Assembly: GCA_051294905.1 (NCBI GenBank)
Contig: CM119378.1
Location: forward strand, 1,488,001-1,552,000
Direction of reading: 5' to 3'
Source: Botryllus schlosseri
Taxonomy: Eukaryota
DNA: 64,000 bases
A model generated the notes under the pieces. It did no database searches, was not told the DNA's origin, and was given only the letters and a program-made list of their open reading frames with translations. Numbering within the stretch: the first letter of the stretch is position 1; the number at the start of each line of letters is the position of its first letter. This document shows, piece by piece, positions 1 through 14,470 of this stretch. The position numbers and the translations under genes are program-made.

Positions 1-3000
1 GGCTTTTCTGGCGCCGGCACTTTGCGAGGAATCTCCATCCACGAGATCGTAGGCTTGCTGCATCAGGGTTTCTACTTGCTGAGACTTGCTCGCGAGATCT
101 TTGACTATCGCCTGGATAGAATTGAAATTATGGTCACACTGATGTCTGATTTGAAACTCTTGGGGGCACAGAATTTCCATATACCATTTAAAAATATAAT
201 ATACTCATATTGAAAGAAACCCAAAATATGACAATCGAACCTCGACACGTTCCATTCTCTCCTTTTTCTGTTTCAACTCAGCATCGAGATCATCTTCGTC
301 TCTCATTTTCTTTTCGATATCTTTCAACCACGATGACAGTTCCTTACGATTCTCTTCCAAAGATTTCAAACCAGACAACGACGCTAAGAGTTTACTTTTG
401 ACTTCCTATTAGAAGAAATATTTTTATAATACCTTGAATTTTTACTAAATTACAATAAAGAGGTTGCGATTTCCGAGACATTCCAGAACGGCTTCAAGCA
501 GAAATTGACAATAAAAGGCCTGAAAATTAGATTTGGCCAAGGTGTGGCATAAATTTAGTCGTGAATCAGAGTTGGTATACTTTCTAGATGTAATTGCATA
601 ATGCATTTTCACGCTAAGGCAACATGACTGATGACAAAATATTGGAGACAGTAGGGCGAAATAGTTAGTGTACAAATCTAAAAATAGTAGGCTATATTGA
701 GTTCAAGCCATCTGTTCACCTAGGTTACTCTAATTTTTTAGCCGGTTACGTCATTTATTGTGATATGATTGTTGATATACAATGTTAGGGTGGAGTGAAA
801 AATGGAAAATTTTGAATTTCAAAGCGGACAAGTGATATGTGGTGACAAATATCAAATTTTTTTTTTAAGAATTTTGGACTCGTGCCCCCTCTAGTGGCCG
901 TGCAATTTCACCGAACTAGCCAAAATTAGCTAATTTCCCCATATATTGATGACCGCTTTCGCTAGAAAGCTGATTTTGGGCTTAAAAGATGCGGAAGTAA
1001 CAAGTTTCAATCTCACTTCCACAGAACTTTGTCTCAAAAACGAACAGAAAGAAAGTTACAAGCAAATTATTGATTTCTAGACCCTTTTTGCAATGTTCTT
1101 TCCAATTCTCTACTAGTTGCTGATGATTACCCTTGGCGAATGTCAGCCGATAATATTTTGGTTTATTTCAATTCCAATATGAATATATCATTCCATTGTA
1201 ATAGGCTATTTATGTCATTTCAGAGTTCTTGAATCACTCCTACTATTAATGAAAGATCTTTGCGACAAAGCAAATTGATCGGTGACTCCGCTAATAGGGA
1301 AATTTACCAAAATATATTCAGTTACAACGATACAGGGGCTATTTCGTCAGGTTACTATGATAATTTCACTCGAAAAAGCGAAACAAATCTATTCAAAAAC
1401 TAATTTCTGCTCAAAAAGAGCCAAATTGTGTCAAAAACTTGAGCAGAATTGGAAGTAGCCGACAAAAAACTCTTCGAGAAAGTTGAGCAAATTAGCAATA
1501 TCTAGTTAAGTACTCCAAAACAGTAGAAGTAATTTGTTACAGACCAAATCTCTTCCGCAACTCGTAGCAAAAATCATATTTGAGAAATAGAATATGAGGA
1601 ACGTAATTACATCATGCTGGCTCAGGAAACGCAGCCATTCTTCTTTCATGGTTGTAATCTGTTCCTTTACTGATTCGATACTGCGAGGTAAATGTTCGAT
1701 GGAATGGTTTCCTGCTTCAACCGCGGCATTTAGTTTTGACTGTCCGTCGCCCACTTTAGCGGCGTGGCTTTGCAATTTCTGTAGAACGAGCAGAGAGTTT
1801 TGAAATGTACTCAAGTAATTAGTTTAGTAATGTAGATTTGGTCAGGGAGTAGCATACATTTCATTTTATTACCTGAACCCGTCCTTCCAAAACTGGAATA
1901 TCGGCAGACGTGTCGGAGCATTCGGCTAAGACTTCTTTCCCGGCCCGATAAAACGCGTAGAAAGATTCCACAGCGGCATGGAACTGTTCGTCGAGATGAC
2001 TTTCCAAAGCCTCCACGACTGAAATGGAATGAAAATCTGTTTAGGACAAAAATAGATTTCAAAACATTCAGTAGAAGATCATTGAGCGATACTATATACA
2101 GACTTGTACGAATACTGCATTTTAAAAATGAGAAGCTAGAATTAGAGCTAGAACTACTCATTTATCAAAATCCGCAACTCGAACTAGAACTAGTCACCTT
2201 TCAAAATCCACAACTAGAACTTCTCAAAACACAGTAATGAATTGACTGTCAACTAACTGGATATCAGATGGGCTAATCAAGGAATCCCCAACCTGTGGCC
2301 ATGAGCCTTTTTCAGAAAATATTTCATAACAAAAAAATTTAATGAGCTGATTTTTTAAATTATCATCTCTGAATATACTCCACTATAACTTCACGGACCC
2401 TTTTTTCAACATTTTTTGAATGGCTGAAAAAATAGGTGGCCATTTATTTTTTGAAGTAATTAAAGGGGTTGCAGAAAAGGTTGGGAAGCGCCCTGGCTAA
2501 AAAAACCATTTTAATCTTAAAGAAATTACATAAGAATAACAAATCTGCTCACCATCCACAGAAAGTTTATAGACGTTGTCGTAAGTAATCGTGAGTGTTC
2601 CCACTTTTTCCTTGACCTTGTCCAATTCATTGCTTTGATATTTCCTGCATAAACTGTTCAGATGTTCTTTCGCCGATTCGACATTATCACGTTGTACTGA
2701 GAGATCGTCATGGATTTCCTGAGAATATAAAGTAAATGGTGACTCTTCATGATGAAACCCTCGATTTCCAATGGCAAGGAACGTATAATTCCAGTACCGG
2801 TACTCGAAAACATCATTTTACACTATTCTCGACTTAAATTATTAGATTTAAAACTTGATTGAGATTCGAATAATCCAATCATTTAGACCAGCCCTAGTTG
2901 TTCTTAGGCTAGTAGCAAATTTACGAATGCAAAGCAAAAATTCTGCAGTATAAGAATTGGCTGACACAAAGACATATAATAACGGCTCTCTGGTAAATGA

Positions 3001-6000
3001 AAATTGTGCAATATGCATTAAATTACCCGGGCTTTGTTCAAATTCTCCGGCCTCTTGTCTCTGGTCAGATTTTTCAAGGAATGTTCCTTGTGGTTGAGCC
3101 AGTCGATCAGTTCCTCCACGTAATTGGAGAGCATCGATTTTTGTGAAGTGAAATCTTCCAGCTTTTCCTGAGCCTGTTCGATGTGATAAAGAGAGAGATA
3201 CAGAGGTTATTACTTGTCAACCATGCAAATCAATAACATGCATAACAAATGCAATTGGGTGAAATCATACATGCAGATATGATAAGCCTTGGACAACAAG
3301 ATACCGTTATTCTAGTTATTTGATTTTATTTCATTCTAACTTGGAATATTAATAGTTTTTACAAATTCAGTAATTCCACTTCTAATCTAATTTGGAAGAA
3401 CTGTGTAAATATGATTCAAATTCTTAACTAATTTAGAAAACCTCAAAATTGTCATCCAGGCCTGGAACATCACAGAATTGGTTACCATCCAAACTTTACC
3501 AATAAAATAAAATAATGTACGCAAAAGAAAACACAGCATCACGTAAAAATTACAGCACTCTTGAAAGTTCAACCGACCACACACCTGTTTGTAAACGGCG
3601 ATCGCTTTCTCCAATTTATTCCTCATGTTATCATTCACTTGCGCGAGCTCATCCATCTCTCCAACAGACAGCTCTTTGCGATTCTTCTCCAAATCCAAAA
3701 CTTTGTCTTGCAATGTGTCGTACAGAGCTTGATGTCTGCAAAACATTCACGATTAGAAAATATCAGACCTGCGATACCTTTTTCAAATCTTCGATATTTT
3801 GACTGGTTTAGTGTCTTGTGTCGCATTGTACATTGTATGTGACGTGATCGGATGAAAAATATATCATCTGATGAAGCTTACGAATGTTAAATGGAACTCA
3901 CTTATCGATATCTCCCTCAATGGCAGAAAGCTTGCTCTTGAGAGCAGCACTGTCCTCTAAACTTGAGATAGAAGCATTGAGATCGCTTATAGAAGTATTC
4001 ATCCAAATTTCCATCTCCTCATCGGCTCCTGTGAATTAAAGAATATGTCGCTATCGGTTATTAAAGGTTGCTATACAACACATAGTTTAATTTATCAGTG
4101 GTTCCCAGATTACAGGCACCTCGTTGAAATGCATTGCTTAACATAATGTAGCAACATTTTCCCCCTAGATGTCAATTCATTGAGAGACAACCCACAACAC
4201 ATAAATCTCACCATTTTCAAACTACATACACCCAACTCAGACCTCTCATTGGATTCAATATCTCATTTTAGCTTAAAAATAGGTGGCTCGAAGAATTGAC
4301 CACTGCTAAAACGGATATGCACATTTTATATGTGACATTGCTAATCTCCATAATCGGTATTCAATTCATACTTTCTGTTGATGATGAAAACCATAGTTGA
4401 ATGCAACATTTCCATCAACCAAACAAGGAATACATTTGCACCTGAAAATTCCTTCCACAAGCTCAGTTGCTTCGACAGGCTTTCAATCGTTTCTTCGACT
4501 TTATCTTGAACGTCCAGATATCTAAAATAGAACATAACATTAAATAGGCCGGAATCAAAATCACAGCAGCCGGCAATTCACTCTAATGAGTTTAATTAGT
4601 CAACTAGAATTATCTAGTTGTAAAAGTCTACAGCCCAAACCACCAAAGGTTAGCAATCAGTTAGGTGCCGATAAAGATAATACCAACCTGTCCACGATAT
4701 TCTCAAGCTCTTCGTGAAGATATGCCATGTCACAGACGATGATTTTCTGGATTGCAGCAGAGAGAACTTTTCCCTTTTTCTTCATCTCGTCCATTGCCCC
4801 TTGCTGTTCGTCGAGGCCCTCTTTCAAACCCTGAAAAATCATGCTGCCAATTTACACTTGAATGTATTATTCTCGTATTGAAATAAACCCTGACACTCGT
4901 CAGGGGTAATCATCAGCAACTAGTAGAGAATTTCATAGAATATTGCAATTGGACTTGTGAGGCAATCAGCTATCTTCATGACATATACTAATGTAAGTAA
5001 CATAAAGATTAGTCAATTTTAATCAATTGCTATTAGCATTAATCGAACTTGGTCGTATCGTCAAGTTTGAGTCAATGTTAGGACCCGGTGGACTGATAAA
5101 ATTGAGTCAATAGGACAATTTGGAAGAAATTTCGGTATTGGCCAATAACGGTGAAAAATTTCAGCAATCTTGGTGACGTCACAACATGGTAGTGTGGAGT
5201 CAGAGAACCATAATCTGCAAGTGCCATACTCAGAATATTGATATATTTCTTATAGTTTACAGGTGTACAGATGCAGCCTTTCTAGTTTATTTTGTGTTCA
5301 AGCTCTGAAGTTTTGGAAATGCGCCTTAAGCTGAATGCCATATCTTTTGAATATCGGCAGAATATGTCGAGGATATCGGTGGAAGTGTTAGTATTGTCGG
5401 TATCATTTTATCGTAATCCTGAGCTGTTCTTGTCAGGATTGTAACCAAGTCACAAGGCTCCGAGTCACAAGTTAATCTCCCGTTTATAGTTTTGACTCGA
5501 GTCAAGTCGAGTCATTTTCAATTCACCACCGATAGACTAAATACCAATAATGCGGTGACTTTACTATTCTCCGAAGTTAAAATGAAATGTCTATCTTGAC
5601 CGTCCCATTCTCGAGACATAATGACTCGAGTCGAGTCGTGTCAAGTTGAGTCATCAAAAAGTCGTGGCTCGAGTCGAGTCATTACAACCCTGTGTTTTGT
5701 ATTCGTGAAGTTATCAACGGTCTGAGCATAAATCTTCAATAAGTAGGACCACCACCAACCTCTAACTTGGAAAGGTGCCTTTTCACTTCGTCAATTGTGA
5801 AATGCCTGGGAGCTTCTGCAGCCTCCGCAATTTCCTCCGCATTTTTGATAACTTTCCAACTCTTATCCCGAGTGAGCTCGTAGCTCTTCAATTGAGCCAT
5901 CACTTTTTCCAGGAGCTCCTCAGTCTCGTCAATTGCAGACTCGGCATCTTCCCAGCTCATGTCAACGAGTTTCAGGTGATCTGAGATAATAAGTAAGGCA

Positions 6001-9000
6001 GCTTTGCAGCAAGGACCACAGTGGCATATTTGGGTGGGATACTGACCAAACATAGGGTCATAATTGAATGAATGTAATCAATTGCGATAATGATTACTTC
6101 AGAATCGTGTGATTACAATCAAGATTACAGCAAATTCTACCAGCAGTCGATTAAGATTACATGGAAAAGCAATCACAATAATTCACGATTACACTTAACT
6201 GTAGAGATTCTTGGAGGTACATAACTTCAATGCACAATTGAATAGTATTTTCATATTGAAATGAACCTGGATATTTTCGGCTGACACTCGTCAATTGTCA
6301 ACATATAGTACAAAATTCAAAAGAACTTCAAAGCATATCAACAATAGTATCACCAATTATAATGTCACTGGCATCAAAATTTGAATAATCGAGGCAACAG
6401 ATGGCTTCAGCTCAATGTACAATTTCTAGATTACACAAGAACTTATTCCATGACCACAAAGTAGGTTCGCATATTTTGACAAAAGTCAAGAGCCAGTCAC
6501 ACAAATGAAAGATTGGCAAGCAACTGCCAGCGAAATCTATCGTCTCGATAATTGATTTGCAAAAATAGAATTGAAATTAATAAAATTCTCCTTATACTGA
6601 CAGGACTGAAATCCAGTAATTGGCATGAAAATTACCTTTTACAGTGTCACTCTGAGAAGGGTCAGCATCAGTGAGTTGCTTTCCTTTGCTCTGAAGACCC
6701 GATAATTCGTATTGCTTCGATTCAAGCTTTTCCTGTTCAAGAAGAGATTGAATGTTATTACGGAATTACAAGACAGTGGTGGTGGGCTGTGGGGTTGGAG
6801 GAGTGGTTCTCACACCAGGGGGCGTACAAGCATCTGAAGAGGGGCGCGAAGCTGGAGTCAACAGATAATTTACCTCCGATTCAAAGGTATTGCTCCGTGT
6901 ATAGTAAGTATTTCATATTTGAGAATTCTCTCATCAACAGTCATAATTTTCCATGCCATCAAACTATCCGTTGGGATTGCTAGCATTCTGGTTGCATTTA
7001 CGGGATACTATGGAACTTATTTTTTAAATATACGGCAAAAGCAATACCTTGAGTTTTTCGTTCTTTTTACTTAACTCCTGCAGATCGTCTTGAGTCACCT
7101 TTGTGAGATTTATATCGGACGAGGCGTTTTCTTCGATCTCATCCAAGGCATTGACAAGTCTGTCCTTTCTGAAAAGCAAAACAGATTGGTGCATATTTTG
7201 TGCATTCCTGTCAAGGCATAAATGTGGATTTCGTAAAGTGTGTGATAATGTATTTCCAAGTGCTGCTGAAGTAGACGTGGCATTGAGATTAGTTCATAAT
7301 TGCTTTAGTGCAAAAAGTTGCAGTAGCACTTGCTCGAATCATAGATGATATGATGTATAAGAGTATGATCAGAAGACATCAGATTATCTCCAAATTCCAA
7401 GATAAGATAATTCCATCAAAGGGTAACATTATGAAACCAATGGTGGTTATGGGGAGCGCACGTCAAGTACACAAACAGTGTGAACATTGTTGGTATGAGT
7501 TCATGAACAACAATGCTGAGGCCATGGGTATCTCAAAGACCATGTAGGATAGTCAATCAGTACAAAGATGTGCGTAATTCTTGCAGCAGTCATGATACAA
7601 TTCAATAAAATTGCTCAGGTCGATCTATGTCCAGCTAAATAATTATTTATTCCAGTACAGCAAGGTGAGGAGACATAGGCTGCCCTTATTTTGGTAACCT
7701 ATAATTAACGAAGAAAGCTATGGCAATAATAACAAATTCTACTCGCCTCAAACCTATACATAAAAGGGGAAGGCTCTTTAGCTAGTTTATGAATGGTGTT
7801 ACTTAAACAACTGAGTCCGTACATTGTGATGACATGAAAGGACCATTGTTTGATAAGTAAGGCATTGTGTATAAGTAAATAGAATAGTACAATACCTTAA
7901 ATCCACCATGAGACACCATAGCTTACTATTTCCACGCTGCCAATACCAACAACTCACCAAAATATATATATTGTCAGTAGTGAGGCAAAAGAATATGTTT
8001 TTTATTTTGGCAAGGAGTGGTTATTTAATCTCACTCGAGGGTTCTTGAACTGTCCATAATAATAAGGTGATAACCTAGCTAACATCAACAATTTTCCTCA
8101 ATATCTGGAGTTCAATTGTAGATGCCTTTTTGTAAGTTGAATTTGGTGATATATATGAAAAATGTATGTTCACAATAAGGTAAAATGACATATAGCTCCA
8201 CTGATAGAGCTTTTATGTATTAACATTCCGCTACCATGATACAGAGGCTGTTTCGCCCGATTGATATAGTAGTTTCATAGAAAAAAGTGAACCAAAAGCT
8301 CAAGTGTAACAGTAAGTTGAACTTGGTGAGATATTAAATTTTTGTGTTGAAGTTTTTGAATCTTCATAACATCTTTTAAAGTTTCCCTTGATAAGTGTGA
8401 GCTAGAACAGCTTCAGGTATGGTAAAATGAATAAATGATTCACATCAATTATTTACACATATTCCACCTGTCCAGAAAGTTTTTCCAGATATTATCAACT
8501 TCATCAAAATGCTCTTGCTTGATCGTTATCTCAGACACGATGCGATCAACTTGTGATTCCAATCTGTTTAAAAATCCTTTCACGGTAGTTCGTTGTTTCG
8601 AGGATGTGTTGTCCAAACCGGTTAACTGCGCCTGTTGCAACACTCTATCAAGTCCCGATCCAGCCCTGTTGTGGAAATTAATGTATTATTCATTGCATAT
8701 TCAACATATGTAGCAAGAAAGCGCCATTTGCTGAGTGACACTGAGTATGAAACAGAATGTCACATCGTTTTCACACTATGATCAAACTCTTTGCTTTGAT
8801 ACTTGGAGTGTTCTTTATAAGTTATCTTCCACAATGAGAAGGTCGTACTTGAGTGCTTCTCAAAGTCATGAGAGCAATCTTCAAAAATGTCAAGGGTTTT
8901 GATATGAGCAAATATTTTGGAAAAGCTTTTGGCATCGTCTAGGAACGCTACTAATGATGAGTGCTGAGAAAAATTGAGCACCTGAGTGTGATCCGATTCC

Positions 9001-11848
9001 GAATCTAGTGCTAGCCTTTAAATTGAGACTAGTAATAAAGTAGGCTATTAAGTGAGACATGTTACCAGTAAGACAGACTTGAGTAATTCAAATACCAACC
9101 TTTTATATGATCACAAAGTGCACTGAATCAAAATTCATTTCTATTTTTCAACAACAATTTAACATAGCGATCCCTACTTCACATATATGCTGTTTTCATA
9201 AACCAGGGGTGGCCAACCTTTTTTCTATTCACGGCCGCATTTCGATTACTTATGTGGCCTACGGCCGCATTCCAGGACATAGTCGCTATGAACTAACTGG
9301 ACACCAAATACCCATGATAAATTCTCCATGTCCAATCCCATTGAACTCCGGACTAATCTACTTTTTCATTTCGTCTTACTATTCGCATCTAAATCGCTAG
9401 TGGTCATGGTCATGTAATGAATAATTACCAGGAGTGGTTATGGTCGCAAAAAAATTTTCAGATTCATGAATTAATTTCGTCATTAATATTAGTAGTTAGA
9501 CATATTACTGTCAAATATTTAACCTTTCTCAGCCCATGTGATCAGATTCACGGGTAGAGTTGATGGAGGGGTGTTTTTGAAAATGTAGGGCAAATTTAAA
9601 TGATGATGCATCTTCGGGTGGGCCAATTGTTATTAGTCACTTTGTGCCTACTGTTATTTCTTGACCTCCCATCAGGATTGTCGGTATCGTGATAAGATAT
9701 TGGAATCTCCCAAACGTACCAGAAACAAATTTCTTTCGTGAGGAGCACACGATTCCAAGTTGGTATTGCTATATGGGGTGCATCATTTTCCTCCGCCGTT
9801 CGCATCTGTACTCTAGGGCTCAGATTGCAAAGGGCACTAATATATTAAATTCGAAAAATGAAGATGCATTGAATCGTGGCCAGCGCGAAGAAAATTTCAA
9901 GATCAATTAAATCTCTCAAACATTAATTTATCTCTCAAAAATTCGGGCATAGATTAATTAAAATCTTTCAAAAATTCGGGAGTCAATTCATAAATTTAAT
10001 TTTCATGTCGACGGCCGCCAACACATACTAATTGAATTACGTGTCCACGGCCGAACTAATTTCCTTCCACGGCTGCAGGTTGCCCACCCCTGCCATAAAC
10101 GCACGTAGCCTGGTGCTGTATGTTCTGAATGACACAATCAAGGTTTCAAGGCCCCCAAAGTGAGAAGAAATTAGATAAAAAGAAGATTCTTGTTGATGAA
10201 ATTTCTCCTATAGTAGCACCACGCGTATAATTTCGTACTCGAAAATATCGACTCTCATTACTCGACTCGAATCATTATGACCAGCCATACACATCATAAT
10301 ATGAAATAAAATTGTGTGGCATGGGACGGGAACATGATTTTCTGTGTTCACAAATACAATGTGATCGTATTCATTAATTCAGAAGCTTACATAAGGCATA
10401 AAAATCATGTTTCGTTACATTACAAAATCCAATTTAGCCTTGATTCTTAGTTAGACTTGGTAACACAAAAAAAAAAACTGGCCACCTTGAATAAGAGCTT
10501 TACTTTACAACGCTAGTGTGATCTACTATTAATGAAAAGCATAAATAAAATATGAATATACTATACAATTGTATATTGAAGTTCTGTACCTCCAAGAAGC
10601 TCGTCAAATAACGAAAATATGGCAACCATAACATACTTCAAGCACTCTTTCAACTTTGACTTCAAGTCGTGGGATTGTTGCTGCCATTTCGTGAGTTGCT
10701 CGGAAGTGATCACGGCCGACGTCAGTTCGTTTTGAATCTGTTGAAGCTCTTCTCTGAGATCTTGAGTTGCGTTGTGAAACGGCGACAACTTGTCAAGGGC
10801 GTCTTCGCGTGCCGATACAATCTCGCAAACGCGACCGAGAAACTTCGTACATTCAGTGTATCTAAAAGATATTAATTGAAGTGAATAAGAATGTGTTGAC
10901 TTTTACTTGACAGGAAATATCCAACAAAAATGATGAGAAAATGGGTTCTGGGGCCTGCCTGCAAATGATAAGTTTTTTCCCAATAAAAACTGACGAAAAA
11001 GTCAGATTTAATACTGGAAAGGTTATATGTCAATGATGACAGGCATTTGCCAACATATTTTCATTTCATCCCGTAATCAACTTCCGTGCAGTTATATTCA
11101 GGGCTGTAATGACTCGAGTCATGACTCGACTCAAATGGCGATTTTTTGTAGACTAGACTTGACTCGTGTGATTCCCTTAAAAATGGAAAATGACTCGACT
11201 CGACTTGATTAACTTTGAACATTGACTCTTCTTGTATTCGGGTCATTGCACGATGATTCGACCAAGTCATATGCCTATCAGTACAGATACTTGAAAAATA
11301 GGCCCAAAAATGTCTTTTATCTGTTTGAAAAATCTGTTTGAAAAAAAGAATTGGAAAAATGAGTATATTATGAATTCACAGTATTCGATATCACCAAAGA
11401 GTTTCAAAATGTGACTTCAATTTGAACTCGAAACTGAACAAAATGACTTGGACTCGAATTCGACCATTAGCACACCGACCTGGACTCAACTCGGTGGGGA
11501 ATTGAAAACGACTCGACTTTACTCGAGTCAAAACTATAAAAGTGAGATTGACTGGTGACTCGGAACCTTGTGACTTGGTTACAACCCTGCTCAGATCAGT
11601 GATGAAATTCTTAGAATTATTAAGTTGTCTTTTTTGATTTTGCAATTTCACCTTCAAACCACTCCAGCTATATCGGCTTGTAAAGGGGCTATACGATATA
11701 TACAGTACCATTTCATCGTCAGCTCGCATTCATACCTTGCAATGAGAGTTTTTCTTTCTTTTGGATCACACATGGTCCGCAAATCTTCAAGATGCGACGC
11801 AATCTCCTGATATTCATCCTGATGAGATTCGATTTCATTCCGCTGAGC
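1..11848 (-). CDS. SYNE1: Nesprin-1-like spectrin-repeat protein, partial; exons (minus) 11736-11848, 10637-10861, 8468-8665, 7048-7168, 6636-6732, 5760-5980, 4688-4830, 4442-4521, 3902-4028, 3585-3735, 3027-3173, 2553-2718, 1873-2018, 1611-1778, 241-405, 1-111 (runs off window)
   Basis: 16 GT-AG exons with matching phases join into a stop-free 2,379-nt (793 aa) helical heptad-rich frame. The segment EIHDDLSVQRDNVESAKEHLNSLCRKYQSNEL...CSDTSADIPVLEGRVQKLQ...DGQSKLNAAVEAG...EQITTMKEEWLRFLSQ closely resembles the vertebrate nesprin-1 rod as recalled (NSLCRKYxSxEL; DGQSKLxA). Not database-verified. Confidence 0.85.
2278..2495. mobile_element. hAT-like MITE
   Basis: Degenerate ends ccccaacct / aggttgggaa..ccctg. 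Confidence 0.5.
5434..5692. mobile_element. hAT-like MITE, CAGGGTTGTAA TIR family
   Basis: caggattgtaa ... ttacaaccctg ends with arrays of GACTCGAGTC. Confidence 0.8.
9204..10092. mobile_element. hAT (Charlie-like) non-autonomous element
   Basis: TIR CAGGGGTGGCCAACC / GGTTGCCCACCCCTG; 8-bp TSD tcataaac / ccataaac. Confidence 0.85.
11099..11589. mobile_element. hAT-like MITE, CAGGGTTGTAA TIR family (further copies ~43843-44010, 51560-51660, 54880-55390)
   Basis: cagggctgtaa ... ttacaaccctg ends; shared internal sequence. Confidence 0.8.
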
Positions 11849-13789
11849 CTATCAGATAGAGTAAGTTGAGTGTGTTCAACTGATCATGATGTACATCGTT
11901 TTACTGATAGATGGAAAGTTGAATGCACTGGCGCGAGATGTAAAACAGATAAAAACGCAAAAAGAATGTAATTTGATTGCACTGGGCTGATATGTTCTCG
12001 TAAAAACATTTTTCAGGCTTGCATCGATGAATATGGATCTGGAAAAGAAGCTGCGTTAATAATAACTGCTCCGCATTTCCAGATTTTTCAGACTCTTTCT
12101 TGTCCATATTCCTACATCTTGGTGTCAGCTCAGTTCAGTATATGGCATGGCGCGTCTTTGTGACGTCGTTCGCACCAGATGTCCTGCAAAAATTTGCAAA
12201 TTTCGCGCGTGAGTCAATGCTCGCTGCAATCGAAAGTGGGCCATGCTAGCCAGACTTGGACAACTAGATAATTCCAGCGAAATGCCGGTAATCGAATTCG
12301 AATTTAATTTGTGAAATGTTTTTATGCTCTGCGGAATGAAAATGATACAGGCGAACTGTATAGTGTGAAACAAGCCAAGCTTGCAGTACAGACATTTTCC
12401 ATTTCATTTGAAGAGCTTCTTGGAGGTACGGAACTTCGATATACAATTAATTAATATATTCATATTGAAATAAACCCGAATATTCTCGGCGGACACTCGT
12501 CTGGTGTAATCAGGGTTACTATAGTTGCTGACGATTACTCCTGACGAGTGCCAACTTGAACTATGCGGGTTCATTTCAATGAATATACCATTCAATAATA
12601 ATTCCATTCTAATTTGGAAAAAAAACTGTAGCTATAATTGTAATTCTAATCCAATTTGGAATAGCTGAAAATTTTCTAGTTTTGTCCAAGTCCGATGCTA
12701 TCATTTCGTTGACCTCCGCGACTGCATCGCACGTGAATTTGTTGAGTCGCGGCAAGTAGTAGCTGCCTGGTCAGCATCTTCGTGAACACTCTTATGAACC
12801 ATTTCAGTCTACGATTCCAATGGCGTCTTTGAGGTGCGGGATTGCGTAAGGTCTGAATAGGAAAAGTCGAAATTTGCCTACACGAATCCGTGTTTACGTG
12901 GTCACAGAGGATTCCTACTTATAGACAGAATATCTAGGAGCCCATACATGAGGCACTATACGAGACAGTACTCGCCTAAATAATGCAATACAATCATCCT
13001 AAAAGCGTGTTTTTGGAGCCAAATTTTCGCACGATATTAGATATCATCAATTAAAATAAATACTGGTTTGGCGTTACTTCGCATCTATCAAACCCCATGT
13101 TTGCTACTTTAGTTGTTCACTAACGAATTCTTCGACGGACTCAAGTGAATTTTGTCTACACTGCAACCACTATAGATACGTTTTTAGAATATACTTTTAC
13201 GGTTTTCGAGGCAAAACTGTTTATATTATATTCTGGTATTTCATCTTTAGTTCATACGTTGTTCGTGTGGTGTTATCACGTAACCTCGATTTGTGACCTG
13301 ACCATTTCTTCTCCGTTCTGATATTTCATTGTTATTTCAAACGCCTTCTGTCTTGTTATACAATGTGAATTTCATTGATCGTGGTGCAAAGGGCGACGAG
13401 CGCCAAATCTTTCAGTTGGATAGACAACAACAACTTAAACTTTCACGTTTTCGATATTATCACGTTGAAATTAGTGAAATGGCATTCACAACTGGGTGAC
13501 GCGTCCCCGCACGTGAAACCATATTGTAATTTCAAAAATTACACACATTCATCGCATTTAATTAATATGATGTTAGTCGCGAATCTGCATATCTGTTACG
13601 CACAGCTCACAATCTCTACCAGAATAATCGCAAAGCATTGCGATTTACATACGCGTAGGTAGGTTACTTCTGATTTTCTAGCGAGACATGAAGTGAATAG
13701 TGTGATTGCTCGACAACGTAGTATGTTATTGATAGATGTTCAATCAATGTTCATTCAATCGCATCAGCACCAGCGCACAAAACGGCAAG

Positions 13790-14075
13790 ATCAATCAATC
13801 AATCAGCCTTTTTTTATTGATATTTTCATGATTTCGAAACACCACAAAACTGCGACACAACGAAAAGATAGGAAGTTGTCGAAACAACTTGAAATAGTCT
13901 TTGAGATCAGACACCCATCTTGGCCTAGAGGCGAAGTAAAGAAGAGGCATGTATACTGAATGAAAAGTAAAGCAGAGAATACAAGACGCAAGCGACAAAA
14001 TGAGGTAACATGTGGCGGAAGGCGAGATCGATGTTAGGTCGTGGTCCGGTAATCCTGAAGGCTGACTAGTATTTA
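13790..14075 (-). mobile_element. 3'-end relic of the same LINE group, (TTGA)n tail
   Basis: Shares gtcgtggtccggtaatc, cacccatcttggcctag and gaaaagataggaag with 21621-21900. Confidence 0.85.
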
Positions 14076-14289
14076 TTTAGAAGAAATTGCGAATTCCCAG
14101 TAATCTAATTCTAATCTAATTTGTGAAATGTTTCCATGCTCTAATTATAATTATGATCTAATTCGGAAAAGCTGAAAATTTTCTAGTTATCCAAGTCTGG
14201 TAGTTGTGCTTCGTTGACGCGCGTGTAGCGAACGTGCGCTGTTGACTCTGAGGTGAAATAGTCGTTGAAATTGGAGGGACATTGACAGC

Positions 14290-14470
14290 AATGGAACTGA
14301 TACATAAACTTGGCAATTTCTAGCTTCCTCAATCCTCATATCTTCGATGTTTAGAACACCAAATCTTTTGAGTAGCGATTTATCAGTTGCACATCCAGGC
14401 CCCGTGGGGCTTTGGCAATGATACGGATGATTCGATGTTCAAGTTTTTGCAGTGGGTCAATCGTATCATG
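14290..14470 (-). mobile_element. LINE ORF2 C-terminal relic
   Basis: Encodes PLQKLEHRIIRIIAKAPRG, homologous to 22140-22300. Confidence 0.8.

Noticed and set aside
8760-8981. ORF as an extra nesprin exon
   Set aside because: Flanking exons 10637-10861 and 8468-8665 already join in phase; no good donor and no spectrin-like pattern.
12716-12845. Alternative first exon of nesprin
   Set aside because: No strong donor in the phase 0 needed to join exon 11736-11848; translation is not spectrin-like.
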